64,000 nucleotides of DNA. It comes from Podarcis melisellensis (taxonomy: Eukaryota). Made by a program: the position numbers and the translations under genes. How positions within the stretch are numbered: the first letter of the stretch is position 1; every line of letters starts with the position of its first letter. The stretch lies in NCBI GenBank assembly GCA_964234715.1, contig OZ174275.1. One strand, written 5' to 3'. Shown here in pieces: positions 1 through 12,737 of this stretch. Under the pieces are notes generated by a model that saw nothing but the letters and a program-made list of their open reading frames with translations, searched no databases and was not told the origin of the DNA.

Positions 1-269
1 CCCTCATGTATTTAATATAGTATATTCATCTTCAACATCACTAGCACCAAGTTCCTAGTTTTAAGGTTTATTCATCTTACGTTCACCAACCTGAACTCAT
101 AGCTGATCATTTCCCAGGCAATCATGTTCCCCCAAGTGAAAGCGGGTGAAAATCAATCTTTGCTAGATAATGGGTATAACAAATGTGTGAAGGGAGGATG
201 TGCCCCTGCCTTTGACCCCCCCTTTTTACTGGCTTTTGGTTTAAGAATGGCACTACCACCAACTTCTGT

Positions 270-660
270 GTTGGTAACCTCAAGGCTTGATCATTCCAAT
301 GAACTTTCTGTGGCTGGCCCTTGGGCCTGATGCAGAACCTCCAGCTGGTGCAGATTGTGGTAACTAGACTGATGGGGGCACATGGCTGACAACACTAATT
401 AAAACATCTACACTGGTTGCCTGTTAATACAAGGATGTTGAACGTGGCTTGGTAGTTAATTTACAAACACTAAACAACTTGGGCCTGAGGTATCTTTGGG
501 ACCATCTGAACCAGCTCAACTACTGAGTGCCTCTGTAGGCACATTGCTGGTCATCCCCTGGTATGGCTTATTTGACACCAACAAGAAATCAAGTCTTTCA
601 TGCCATTGGCCCAATCCTGTGGAATACTCTTCCACTGGAGATTGAATAGGTATATTTTTA
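270..660 (+). mobile_element. Old degraded L2 fragment
   Basis: Residual LQLVQ, LHWLPV and PILWN coding motifs with stops/frameshifts. Confidence 0.6.
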
Positions 661-1019
661 TATGCATAATAAGAAAAACACTGTCTGGAATATAGGTAGT
701 TGATGACCTGTGATTTTAAATGTTTTTATTGTGTATATAGAATTGCTGTAAACCATGTTGATTTTTTAAAAAATGAAATTGTATTTCAGTAACTAAAGTG
801 GTTGAAGAGTTAGCATTTTCCAGCAGCTCCACTACTTATCTCTTTAAAATAAGACTTTTCACTAGGCCTCTGGCTGACAGCTCAAGTAAGTTACATAACA
901 TTTTTATTGGAAAGTATATGAATACATGTTGAAGTAACTCTTGAAAATTAGTTCCAAAGAAATATAATTGAGGACCCTTTTCCTTTTAACCAAAACACTT
1001 GTAAATTATTAGCTATGTA

Positions 1020-1239
1020 CAGTGGTACCTCGGGTTACAGACGCTTCAGATTACAGACTCTGCTAAGCCAGAAATAGTACTTTGGGTTAAGAACTTTGCT
1101 TCAGGATGAGAACAGAAATCGCGCAGCGGTGGTGCAGCTACAGCAGCAGGAGGCCCCATTAGTTAACGTGGTACCTCAAGTTAAGAACAGTTTCGGGTTA
1201 AGAGCAGACCTCCAGAACGAATTAACCCGAGTTCCACTG
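1020..1239. mobile_element. Tc1/mariner(pogo)-type MITE, copy 1
   Basis: TIR CAGTGGTACCTCGGGTTA, flanked by TA; five copies in window. Confidence 0.88.
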
Positions 1240-1828
1240 TATTCTCATGTACTGCAATAAAGTACCACATAAGGGGCAGTAAGATATCTATCTTTGAAAG
1301 TCTGAAAAAAAACTGGATCCCCGTTCTACATTAGTAAATTAATATCTTGATCAGGTCTAACTAAGGAATAATTTACTCTTAAACTGAACCAAGTAGCAAG
1401 ACTTGGAAAACCACAAAGAAAGCAGTATAAAAAACCCAGCAGCGCTGCATATTCCATGCAGAGGCACATCTGTATTTATTGGGCCCTTCCATGGCAGTTC
1501 TGTGCAGAGATATATTGATCTGAAGCAAATGGAACAGGCAGCAACTGGCAAGCTTCCTTTAACTATTGCAGCATCTTGGTGCGAAGAGGAGAAACTATAC
1601 AGGCATTGCCATCATATGGAGAAACTTCAGGGGGAAGCTGCAAAAAATAGTTACGAGTGATCTAGTAACTATAATTTGGCTGGTAGGGAGGCAAATGTCA
1701 CTTGATCATTTCAGCGGGATCAGCCACTCTGCAAGTAACTAACCAGAGAGCAGGCAGATGTTTCCTTAACAGATTCTCTTGTCAGTGCACTAAAGTCAAC
1801 TTATGTAGACATTATCTCCATAGCAGTA

Positions 1829-2074
1829 CAGTGGTACCATACCTCGAGTTACAAACGCCTCAGGTTACAAATGATTCAGGTTACAAACTCCGCAAACATG
1901 GAAGAGTTACCTCAAGTTGAGAACTTTGCCCCAGGATGAGAATGGAAATCGTGTGCTGGCGGCGCAGCGGCAGCAAGAGGCCCCATTAGTGAAAACACGC
2001 CTCTAGTTAAGAACAGTTTCAGGTTAAGAACGGACCTCTGGAACGAATTAAGTTCGTAACTAGAGGTACCACTG
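1829..2074. mobile_element. Same MITE, copy 2
   Basis: TA-CAGTGGTACC...GGTACCACTG-TA. Confidence 0.88.
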
Positions 2075-2667
2075 TACTATCATCATCAGCTGGTCTTGGG
2101 AAAACCATTGGTCACCTTGTAGGTCATTATAGGAATATAATTTCATTGTGCTATATTCCAGTCTGGCTAGAAGGATGAATTCCCAAAGCACCTAACAAAC
2201 CACAGAAGGCCCTGGATCAGACATTACACAGTTTGTGGCATTTTGCAAGAGACTTTTAGGGGTAGTTTTGATATTATTACTTCTGCCAAAGACAACTACC
2301 CAGGAGCACTTTAGGCCAGAGACTGGGGTTAGATCATGTTTTTTCATGGACCAGTGTCATGCAAAGGTATTGCCAGTAGGTATTGAGAGTTAGTAATGCA
2401 AACAGCAACATGCTTGAAGGCAAGAAATTGGAGCTTCAGCTCATTTCTGTCCAGCAGTAGGGGTGAGAAACCTAGAGAGGCTACATGGTTAAATGATGGC
2501 TGTTGCCTAAAACAAATAAACCCCCTTCATCAACAAGAAATGGAACCATATACTTCAGGAAGTTAACATCTCATTACTTTAATCAGGAAACCATAAATGG
2601 TCCTTCATGTCCACAGTCATAAGAAATAGTTTATAACAGGTTGCAGGGAATGGTCTTCGGCATTTTA

Positions 2668-2757
2668 CAGTACAATCCTAAGCATGTTTCCTCAGAATTA
2701 ACTTCCACAGAGTTTAATGGGATTTACTCGCAAGAAAGTTTGCACAGGATTGCAGTC
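2668..2757. repeat. ~90-bp palindromic dispersed repeat (copies at ~35630, ~36120, ~45840, ~61410)
   Basis: CAATCCT...ACTCAGAA...GGGA.TTACTC...AGGATTG fold-back structure recurring through the window. Confidence 0.6.
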
Positions 2758-3113
2758 TCAGCCTGGTTTCTAATGAAAAGGAAGAAAGAAGTTGTGCCCA
2801 GAGTCTAACTTATCCCTGAGCTGATGCTTAGTGTTGTTTTTCCTTCCCCATATTTGGTGAAGAACAGAGCAGGCAGATCAAACACATAGCAATGTCAGCC
2901 AATCACACTGCTTAATGGCTAAGTCATTACAAAAATAAACTTTTAGCCAATCAAAACCCCATCAATTAAAACAAGTACCACAAACTTCTTTAAAATGTGC
3001 TTGTCTGAAAAAGCTACTTTCTAACTACGTGCAGATCACAGCGAATGTATAAGCCTGTCGGAGACAATCATTTTAGAAACTTTCTACCAGTGCACTGCAT
3101 CAACATGTGCATT

Positions 3114-3119
3114 TTTATT
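3114..3119 (-). terminator. Candidate proximal ATG13 polyA signal AATAAA (a distal candidate lies at 903-908)
   Basis: Canonical hexamer ~1.1 kb downstream of the stop; usage not testable from sequence. Confidence 0.4.
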
Positions 3120-4235
3120 TATGGCATCCACAGACCCAACAGGGCAGAATGGAAATCGAGTCACCAGAAGAGATCACTTTGAAAGCATAACCATGTCTGT
3201 TTCTGAAAATAAGTATTATAGTTTACCCTGCAAACGGGAGTGGGGGAAATGACAGCTGTTTGGAACAACATACTTGCAGTGACAAAGGACAAAGCAGCCT
3301 ATATGGCTACTTTACAAAGTGAAAGCATCCACATACAATTTTTTTAAATATAGGTTTCCTTTAGAGTAATAAATATTTCTTATTTTATGATAGAGCAGCA
3401 ACATTTGAGGGGAATAGAGGAAAGAACTTTGGACTAAAGACCCCTCCCCAATTAAATAACCCTAGAGAATTAGGATTCCTAATTCATATTTACACCTGCT
3501 GACTGTAAACACAGCCTACAAACTCTGGAACTTCTCCAAATGCCACAGACCATGCTTGTGGTCTTGGGGAGGCAATATATTGACACACACCGTGTTGGCA
3601 GGTAATATACAAAGAAATAATTCTTTTAGCGTCTGTGGCTTACTTTGAAACTGCACTAGACAATCAGGTCAGGCCCCTCAATTCTTGTTTCCACACAGCT
3701 GTGCAACATTATGTTTGCTTTGTTTAGGGCACCACTGGTGAAAAACGGCCCCTTGCCCTTATGTTTTAGCTGCACTTGCTGAAGGCAAGCCGGTGTTTGA
3801 ACCACGCTAGTAGAATCTACAGTGCTCACAAGACAGTTACATTTAGTTAGAGTTATTTCTGCTTGGCGTTACTGCAGAGGCAGGGAAAAAGACTGTCCCC
3901 AGGAAACCAGATTGTAGAGCCCTGTTGAGGGAGGAAGAACCATCGGTGTCTCTCAACATATGAGAAAACGGAAGAAGAACGGGCCTTGATCTTGTTTCCT
4001 AATGCATTGTATTCAATACGAACTTCACACGGGTAGGAAAGCAAGTCACACTCTTCCCAAGGACTAGTTCAAAGAGATACAGACCACTGTTTCTGCACCT
4101 GAAGAGCAAAGCAATAGTGCCTACGAAATTGGGGGATGGGGACAGAACAAGACACTAAGGGAAGAAAGGCAGAATGCATGGGCTTCCTTTTCCAGGGTGT
4201 CTAAAAAGTTCAATGCTGCTGTAGAATAAGCCGTT

Positions 4236-4313
4236 TTACTGTAAGGTCTCTACAAAGGCATCAAATTCTTTGACATTTTTCTCATGGACAGCCAGTTTAT
4301 CTGGTAGAGAATC
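4236..4313 (-). CDS. ATG13: ATG13 last coding exon ([25 protein letters not shown])
   Basis: tcacag acceptor, TAA stop; end of ORF 4236..4547. Confidence 0.96.
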   Translation of the reverse strand, partial: DSLPDKLAVHEKNVKEFDAFVETLQ

Positions 4314-5469
4314 CTGTGAAGACAAAGAAAAATTATCAGTAGCTACATTAGCCAGTTCTTTTTTCTTTAACATAATACACAGCAGGTGCGGGGGCCCTCC
4401 AGATATTGTTGAACTCCAACTCCCATCAGCACCAGCCAACATGGTCAATGGTAAGGGATGATGGGCATGGTAGTCCAAGAGCATTTGAGGGACCACAGGC
4501 TCCTCACCCCTGAGACACAGGAATAAAAGAGGTAGTTCAAAAAACATAAAACAGAAGAGCAGAGTAAGGCATAATTAATAATAATGCTTTATCTGAAGAC
4601 AGATCTGATTCAATAGATTCAGCACAACATTACTATCAAACTATGAAATGCTCTCAAGATTTCCCAACCTGTATGCACAGCTACCCTGGAAAGGAGTAAA
4701 ATGCTGTAAACAGCATCTATCCAAGTCCATGGCTTGTTTGCAGGTGTGAAGGTGCATGAGATTGTGGCCTCTGAAATTTGCTGGAGCAGCTTTAGGACAA
4801 TAACACTTGTCAGCCTGCTGCTAACAGATGGCAACTTGCAGGGATTTTCTTTAAAAACCTTTTGTACATTTTACAGAGTTTCAGAGGCAAAAACAAACAT
4901 GTCATTAACCATGAAGAGCATATGATCTATAATAAAGCAAAGAAAACAAAAGGGAGGGAGAGAAGAGTGTGAGCAAATGTAGTCAGACTTGCTCGGCTAC
5001 AGTTGGGAATGAAGACTGAAGAGTTAAGACAAAGACCTCATAGGAAAGATATGCTCAAGGGGCAGGGGGAGCACTGTGCTTAAGGAATCAGTTTTGCACA
5101 TAGGAGAACATATGAAGTTGTGACTGAGTGCAGGATACTGTCTGAGGGAGCTAAGGATGGTACAATTCTGAGGATGTAGGGAAGCAGGGAAATGAGAACC
5201 AGTGTCAGAAAACACCTTGGATGATCTTGTAACAACATATTTATGTTGTACTTCAAAATGTTACTTCTTCATATACTGTGCTTTATCTCAAGGAACCCTA
5301 CAAAAACCCTGTAAGGCATGTCAAAACGATTTTTCCAGTACATTTTGTGGGTGGTCACTGGGGCGGTCTAAGGTGTTGAGAAAGTGGCCTGCCTAAGGCC
5401 ATGTATTTTTATAGCACTTACAAAAGATTTGAACTTGGCGCTTTGGCACTTTTGAGTTCACAGCACAGT

Positions 5470-6336
5470 TATAATAATAATAATTTATTATTTGTACCCC
5501 GCCCATCTGGTTGGGTTTCCCCAGCCACTCTGGGCGGCTTCCAACAAAGATAAAAGATACACTGAAATGTCACATATTAAAAACTTCCCTGAACAGGGCT
5601 GCCTTCAGATGTCTTCTGAATGTCAGGTAGATGTTTATCGCTTTGACATCTGATGGGAGGGCGTTCCACAGGGCGGGCGCCACTACCGAGAAGGCCCTCT
5701 GCCTGGTTCCCTGTAACCTGGCCTCTCGCAGTGAGGGAACCGCCAGAAGGCCCTCAGAGCTGGACCTCAGTGTCCGGGCAGAACGATGGGGGAGGAGACG
5801 CTCCTTCAGATATACTGGACCAAGGCCGTTTAGGGCTTTAAAGGTCAGCACCAACACTTTGAATTGTGCTCGGAAACGTACTGGGAGCCAATGTAGGTCT
5901 TTCAAGACCGGTGTTATATGGTCTCGGCGGCCGCTCCCAGTCACCAGTCTAGCTGCCGCATTCTGGATTAGTTGTAGTTTCCGGGTCACCTTCAAAGGTA
6001 GCCCCACGTAGAGTGCATTGCAGTAGTCCAAGCGGGAGATAACCAGAGCATGTACCACTCTGGCGAGACAGTCTGCAGGCAGATAGGGTCTCAGCCTACG
6101 TACCAGATGGAGCTGGTACACAGCTGCCCTGGATGCAGATTTGACCTGTGCCTCCATGGACAGCTGTGAGTCCAAAATGACTCCCAGGCTGCGCACCTGG
6201 TCCTTCAGGGGCACAGTTACCCCATTCAGGACCAGGGAATCCTCCACACCTGCCCGCCTCCTGTCCCCCAAAAACAGTACTTCTGTCTTGTCAGGATTCA
6301 ACCTCAATCTGTTAGCTGCCATCCATCCTCCAACCG
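5470..6336 (-). mobile_element. 5'-truncated L2-clade LINE with intact ORF2 C-terminus, in ATG13 last intron
   Basis: Motifs LNPDKTE, RLDYCN, QNAAAR, LHWLP, RAFS..AP.LWN.LP; short 3'UTR ending in a (TTA)n tail; no stops over ~255 codons. Confidence 0.92.
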
Positions 6337-6454
6337 TTATCTGACACATTAAATAATGAATGACCTGTTTGATCAGTCCTCTCAAATAAGGCATATTTGG
6401 TTTATGTATGGCAGGGAGCAATGTCCCTCAAACTGAAATCCTATTTTTGCATAC

Positions 6455-6583
6455 CAGATCTTCTGCCATGGACTGAGCCCCAATATCAATGGAGAGGCTG
6501 CTGAGCTGAGGAGGATTCTGAAATTCACGGTAGAATGTTCCAAGGTCTATTGGGAGAATGTCATCCTTAGAAAATGCCGGTTT
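6455..6583 (-). CDS. ATG13: ATG13 coding exon 16 ([27 protein letters not shown]...MAEDL)
   Basis: 129 nt, ttctag / gtatgc. Confidence 0.95.
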
Positions 6584-6840
6584 CTAGAATTAAATGGACA
6601 AATATCAGTCAGCTGTACATTGATAACACAACAGTGCTCTGTTCGATCATCATCTGATAATGTATTTAACCACTGTCAATGAAATGCATTCCATTGTTTC
6701 ACCCAACAGCACAATGTACAGCATATAGTAGAACATGTTTTCATCTTTCTCCTATCAAAATTGGTCATCTGGCTATTCTCTGGACTGCAGGTGAACCTTT
6801 AGTTTGTAGTGTGTGGTGTTATATTGCTTTTACTATTTTT

Positions 6841-6908
6841 GTTGGGAGCTGCCCAGAGTGGCTGGGGCAACCCAGTGAAATAGGCGACATATAATAATAA
6901 ATTATTAT
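6841..6908 (+). mobile_element. 3' tail fragment of the same L2 family
   Basis: GCCCAGAGTGGCTGGGG..ACCC plus TAA/TTA tail; reverse complement of ~5470-5545. Confidence 0.75.
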
Positions 6909-7356
6909 AACCTGTGTTGTAGACCACCTTCTTAGATACTGCTCTTTGCTCTTGTCACCCTATAATCTGAGTGATGTAGAGAATTTGCTGAGATTGATTT
7001 GGGGGCATGGTTTGTGAAATAATTTATTTTATTTTGGACAGAAGGCTGCATCAAATAGCCTTTGCGTTCTACTCCTATGAGTAAAACTCATCATGGGTTC
7101 TTAAGAATAAAAGTTTCAGGTCTCTCAAAAGGGTCCAGCATGCTGGAATTCCTGCAAGATCAGTCTTTCAATATTTTGGGAGGCCACATCAGTACACTTC
7201 TGCTTTTTAATGAAATAATATTCAGAGCCATTTGCCCCACATTGGTTCTGTGAAGATGCCTTTTCCCAAGGATTTTCATATATTTTAGCATTTCAGTTCT
7301 GCTTCAGACATCGAGGCGAAGGTTGCATGTGTATGTAAAGGGCTGCATCAACTTAC

Positions 7357-7473
7357 AAAATCAACCATAACAAAATCGTCGTGGATGTTCCCATTGCTGC
7401 TGCCACTGGAGCCCACTGAGTGTAGGCTGCCCTGGAGGGGAGACTCTATTTCTGGAGAGTCAGGAGGATTCAC
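7357..7473 (-). CDS. ATG13: ATG13 coding exon 15 with LIR motif (VNPPDSPE...HDDFVMVDF)
   Basis: 117 nt, caacag / gtaagt. Confidence 0.95.
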
Positions 7474-7652
7474 CTGTTGAAGAAATCCAAGTGTCAGACC
7501 AACATACCCAAACACTGGCATGAGGGAATTAAATGGATGCTAAAAGTTACGTTTTTCAGTCAGAAAGCACAAGCATGCTAATGGCTGGGTTAGGAAATTC
7601 AGACCCACTCAAATCTGAGAAGGCAGGACTGAGCAAGACTGGCATTTCTTAC

Positions 7653-7730
7653 CATGGGGTCATTATCTTCTGGCTCAATGTTCTTGGGAGCAAACATAGC
7701 AAAAGGAATGTCCAAACTGGCCATGGTCAC
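7653..7730 (-). CDS. ATG13: ATG13 coding exon 14 ([26 protein letters not shown])
   Basis: 78 nt, ttctag / gtaaga. Confidence 0.95.
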
Positions 7731-8047
7731 CTAGAAAGGATCAAAAGACAGAATCCCAAATGTTCAGTCAAATGCTGCTCCTCTTACCCAGCATGCAACA
7801 CAGCACTGTGAATCTTCAAACTATGATCAACTAATGTTCGAAGAAGAAAGAAATAGAAAGGCTGCTGTTGTTTTCTGCCTCCTGTGTCAAGGAAGAGGAT
7901 ATTCCTTGTGTTTTTTCTTTCCTAAAGAACAGCACATCATAGAATTTTAGAGCTGGAAAAGATCTTGTCCAACCTCTTGCTCAATGCAAGACTTGCAACC
8001 ACCATATTTCTGACACAAAGTCTCCAAGAGCAATGAACTTAAATTAC

Positions 8048-8165
8048 CTGGTTGATAGGTTTATTGACAAAGGCTCCCACCTTCCGCACAAATATTGTCT
8101 CCCAGAGATCATGTGGGGACCCACTCTTTCCTTCACTGCTGTTAGATACAGTTTCTGTGTCCTCA
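8048..8165 (-). CDS. ATG13: ATG13 coding exon 13 ([12 protein letters not shown]...[16 protein letters not shown])
   Basis: 118 nt, tctcag / gtaatt; visible in ORF 8039..8350. Confidence 0.95.
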
Positions 8166-8384
8166 CTGAGAGAGAAAAGAGAAGGGGTATTAATTGATTT
8201 CCTTTTGTTTTCTTGCTCTGTACAAGCTCTGGAATGAAGCACTGGTACATGAGAGTGTATTATTTGTTTACCCATATGTTGTACTGCAGGTACAAAAGGC
8301 AGTATTCTACACACAAAGGACAATGCATAATGTGTAAAAAGTATCAGCAAAGTTCATGGTGAATCAAAGTTATCTCAGTAGTCA

Positions 8385-8680
8385 TCCCAAATAAAACTGA
8401 AAAGGCCCTCTCCTGGGTACCCACTTGCTGTATTTCAGATAGTGGTGAAGGTGGTGGCCCCAAAGGAAGGTCTCCAAAGTGGAGTAGAAATCCTGGACAG
8501 ACTCATTTGCAGGCTGTGTGTGTCTTAACATATTGTGGTCCCAAGATTTTAAATATCGAAGCCAACCCTTTGAATTGAGCCCGAGAACAAACTGGTAACC
8601 AGTGAAGTTGGTGGAGGATTTCTGTAATACAATTTGAACAGAACCCTCCCAGCCACATTCTGGATAAAAGACTACAAAAC
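8385..8680 (-). mobile_element. Old L2 fragment (similar fragments at ~42340-42760 -, ~43080-43590 +, ~52380-52740 -)
   Basis: TTGAATTGAGCCCC..AAC..ACTGGTAACCAGTG resembles 5859-5893 of the young L2. Confidence 0.55.
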
Positions 8681-10152
8681 TGTTCCCATAGAATATTTCA
8701 CTACTCTTTTCTCTTTCTTTGTGCAAAACAGAATTTTCCTTAATGGATTTTGTTTTCTTAATATTTTCATGGGTATCTCCCCACTTCAAGTTGTGATTTG
8801 TATGTTGAATTAATATCCACACCATAAATGTCTTCAAAAGGCAATGTCATTCCAGGCCTTTAGAGGCTCCTGATCATATCCCTCATGGATGCAGGTACAG
8901 GTGTGGAGAGGGAGATTACAGCCATATGAACAGGGGCACTACCCAGAGATTATGGAATACACGTGAACAGGCCCTAGACCAAATAGTGCCACCTACACCT
9001 GTTCAGCTTTTGAAAGCCCTATTTTTTATTGCATTTGTATCCCATTTCATGACTTTGAGGTGTAGTATGCATGGATGATTTATTCCTGTCAAATATGGTG
9101 ATTAATTGGCACAGGTGGATCTGTCAATCTGTATATATTGATATCACACATAAACATAAAAAACACTAAATTGGCTTCTTCTAAGCTTGTGGGAGCTTCC
9201 TAACATTAACTGAAATCAAGAAATTGAACTGTACAGCAGTGCTGGCTGGACCAGTATTAAATAGTGTTACAGCTTTACAAGTGAAGATGAAGTGTTTGCA
9301 TGTTTATTTAAGTTTATTTAAGGGGACAGACAGTGGGCAATTTGAGACCAGCATCCCAGGCGCTTGTCTAAATTACATCCTCAGGAAAAATAGAAATGTT
9401 AAGTTTGCCAAAGCTACCAGTATTAAACTGCAAATGTCAGTGTTGGTACTGTCCTCAACTCTAAAGGGCAAGGTTTGTGCTTAACCCTAACAGAAGCTCT
9501 GCAGGAATTGGTGTTTTAGGTATTCTTGTTAGAAGCTACAACTATGCTTTAGTACCTGCAGTCAGTCATTTTACAGAAATGAAACCACAACTACTTTATT
9601 ATTACTAATGAAGAGTCTAGTATGTGGAACTAATGAAATGTCACAAGGTGGAAATAGTGGCATTAAAAGTAGCTGGATCAGACAGATGTAGATCTTACCA
9701 AGAGTACAGCTCCAGTTCTTACATTTTTAGCTGCTACTGAAATTTGTAAAGTTTCCAAAGTCCGAAACAATGCTGAACTTTAGGTGCTGATCCATCAAGA
9801 ATAGTGAAAGTTACTGTAATTACTGAATACTAAATAATGTTGATTTTATGTGTGTAGATGCATTTTACTATGAAAACATTCTATCAAACAGCTGTTGGAT
9901 TTGTAAAATTACTGTTCTATCTTCCTATAGGGCTGTAGTTACTGCAAATGTAGGAGAATCGTGCTTACACATGCTTTCTCTGCACTTTCAGATTCTTTTT
10001 CCTCCCTTTCTTTCCCCCGAAAGTGAATTAGGGAAAGTTAAATCTTCCTAACTGCCTCTTTCCAGAAAGCTGCTTATAGCCTAGCAAATGAATTATTATT
10101 TTTAAAACCTGTAGTAAGACTATGAATCACCATGGAGAGATGGAAAACTTAC

Positions 10153-10292
10153 CTGCTAGCTGGAGTAACTGCAGAGTAGTGACCCCCATCCAAAGGGGTG
10201 CATGTGGCCATTCTCTCATGATCAGCCTGAGTGCCATGAACTGGTTGGCTAGGAATCAAGGGCACTCCTCCATCCTTCCCTGGAACCATCAA
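10153..10292 (-). CDS. ATG13: ATG13 coding exon 12 ([12 protein letters not shown]...VTPASS)
   Basis: 140 nt, ctccag / gtaagt. Confidence 0.93.
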
Positions 10293-10823
10293 CTGGAGGA
10301 GAAAGGGATAAGAAAATTAGATATTTTAGTATTCATTTAAAAAAGCTCTAGGCTCTTTTATTTTCAAATATATGGTTGCCTGACTCTCAATGATAGGTAG
10401 CTGACAGCTGGTTACATGTTATACTCATGATATGAGAAACAGCCTGGTTCTGCCTGAAGGCTTCCTACCAACAGGTAAAGAGAGCTGGAGAGGATCTCAG
10501 TCACTTACAATGAAGTTAAGACAGGGAGCACCAGAAGAAATTATCAACTAAGGAGAGTGATAACCAGACATGACAAAGAAAGCTGGGCACTGGCCCCACA
10601 TTCCCAACACTTGACTAGGATATCCTCCAGTTTTCTTTGCTTTATGGCAGAAAGCCTTCAAATTTCTTAACAGGCAAAGCAAGGCTGCTTCTCATGTTGC
10701 TCAGCTCTGACTGTACCCTACAAGTAAAATAATGGGGTAAGAATGGATAGAGAAATATGTCAACAGTTAAGGAACAGAGTTAGCTATGAGACATATCAAA
10801 TGGTCTCAAACCTCTAAGAATAC

Positions 10824-10934
10824 CTGGTGAGGATGTGCAGCACTCAAGCCGCCAGCAAAGACTACTGGGTAGGCCAGGTCAGCTGATCCAACTCCCAGGG
10901 CTGTAGGCTGATAAGAAAGACGAGAGCTGGAGAG
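10824..10934 (-). CDS. ATG13: ATG13 coding exon 11 ([37 protein letters not shown])
   Basis: 111 nt, tcttag / gtattc. Confidence 0.93.
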
Positions 10935-12638
10935 CTAAGAAATGAGAGGGGGAAAGGGAAAGGGAGAGAAAGGGAAAACCCCACACAGTCTGAATAATTT
11001 TCAGAATTACTGGAAAAGGCCAGGAAAAGAAATCAGATTTGCAGAATAAAATACTAGGCTGGAACTGAGGAAGTCTGAGCCACATGCACACACAAAACCA
11101 AACTAAACCAAACCAAACCAATCCTAGACATCTTTACTTAAAAGAAAAAGTTGCCACCGATTTCAATGGAACTTATTTTAAAGTTGTGTTTAGGATTACC
11201 AGGGACCACTCTCAAGCATGGATTTTGCTTAAAAATGATGCACAACACCTACAAAATCATGGAGATGGCATTCATATAGGACTGAGAGGATAGTATGAAG
11301 TGTGTTGACCAATAACATGCTGGACAAGAGAGCAATTACTTAAAAGCTGTGTTTATTATTTGTTTTCTATGAGGTTTTTTTTTTAAAATAACTGTTCTGT
11401 CTTTTTAATTGAAATGTTTTATTTATTATTGTTATACAGTACGCTACTTCAACTTCCTATGATTTTCACTGCCTTTATTAAATAAATGCTACAGAAGAAG
11501 CCTGGAAAACCATTGCTCTGACAGCAGACTCTAACTGTGGATATAGGTTCATTGTCAAACAAATCATGTGACCAACTGCATGCTTCTCTTTGACTCCCAC
11601 ACCAAGAAGGGCAAAGCCCGAACATAAAGCCTCACATTCTGCATCTCACTTATAGAGGCAAAAATTTCCAGAGCAGGCATTTTATAGTCCTCAATGTGAA
11701 AGCCTACCTCATAGCCAAAACCTTCCTCTGCTTAATATTTTAAAAATCTTTAAATTGTATATATAACCTAATAAACAATATCATTAAAACAAGAATACTA
11801 CATCAAACCCTTAAAAGAACAGTTGTGTAAAAGCATATAAAACAAATAAAAACAGGATTTCAGGGAATTCAAACAAATAAAAACAGGACTGTTTTCAAAA
11901 TGACTCAGGTAACATTCAAAAATAGAATCTATTGGTATCACACTCCCAAAGCACAGTCTGACACAGCTACAGAAATTGGACAACAAAATATTAAATTCCT
12001 CACTGGGCTATCGGAAAGCTCTGGAAAAGAAACAGAAGAAATGGATATGTGGAATACTGGGCTCACAGTAATTAATTAACGTGCGCCAAAAGCCAATGTC
12101 TAAGGCCAACTGTAACAAAATTAATCCACTAGAATAAAATTGACTCCTGAGGTACAATAACTGCTTCAGCCCTTTACAATTGTGACAATAAACTTTTAAT
12201 TTCTTCAGAGGTGAAAAATACTGTTTATTTCCTGTCCCCTGGTCAACTCAAGAAAACATACAGCAATTTCCAGAAAACTGTATTCCACGAAGCAATCAGT
12301 ATTCTACAATTGCTCTATACAGTTTGCACTGTGGTATAAACTATATATTTTCATTGCTTCTTTGCAAATTTCCTGTTCAGCAACAAAGACAATAAATTTA
12401 TAACTTCAGAGATTTTGATTCATTTTCTTTTCTAAAAGGTAGTCAGTAACTGAACAGATTTTGCAAACGTCTAAGCACATTAAATTCAAATGCATGTTTT
12501 ATTTTAGGCTAATCAGCCTAAAGAGCCAAATCTAAGGAAAATGATTTACTGGTTAGTGAAAAAATACTTTTGTCATGCACCTTCTTTATTTTAAAGGTGT
12601 TGTCAGGCCAAACATATTTTTTTCTACTATGAACTCAC

Positions 12639-12737
12639 TTGATGTGAAAAGGTCAGCCCCATCAAAGGGCCCTTCAATGTATCCGTCACGACAGGAGGAG
12701 GGGTCTGAAAATGTGCTTTAGTGACAGTAAATACACA
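12639..12737 (-). CDS. ATG13: ATG13 cassette exon 10 (CVFTVTKAHFQTPPPVVTDTLKGPLMGLTFSHQ)
   Basis: 99 nt phase 0-0, gttcag / gtgagt, long pyrimidine tract; resembles the optional 33-aa insert of long mammalian isoforms. Confidence 0.88.

Noticed and set aside
5631-6344. Plus-strand ORFs opposite the L2 ORF
   Set aside because: Antisense shadows of the LINE coding frame.
8382-8837. 151-aa minus-strand ORF in an ATG13 intron
   Set aside because: Non-ATG start, overlaps a decayed L2 fragment, no recognisable domain.
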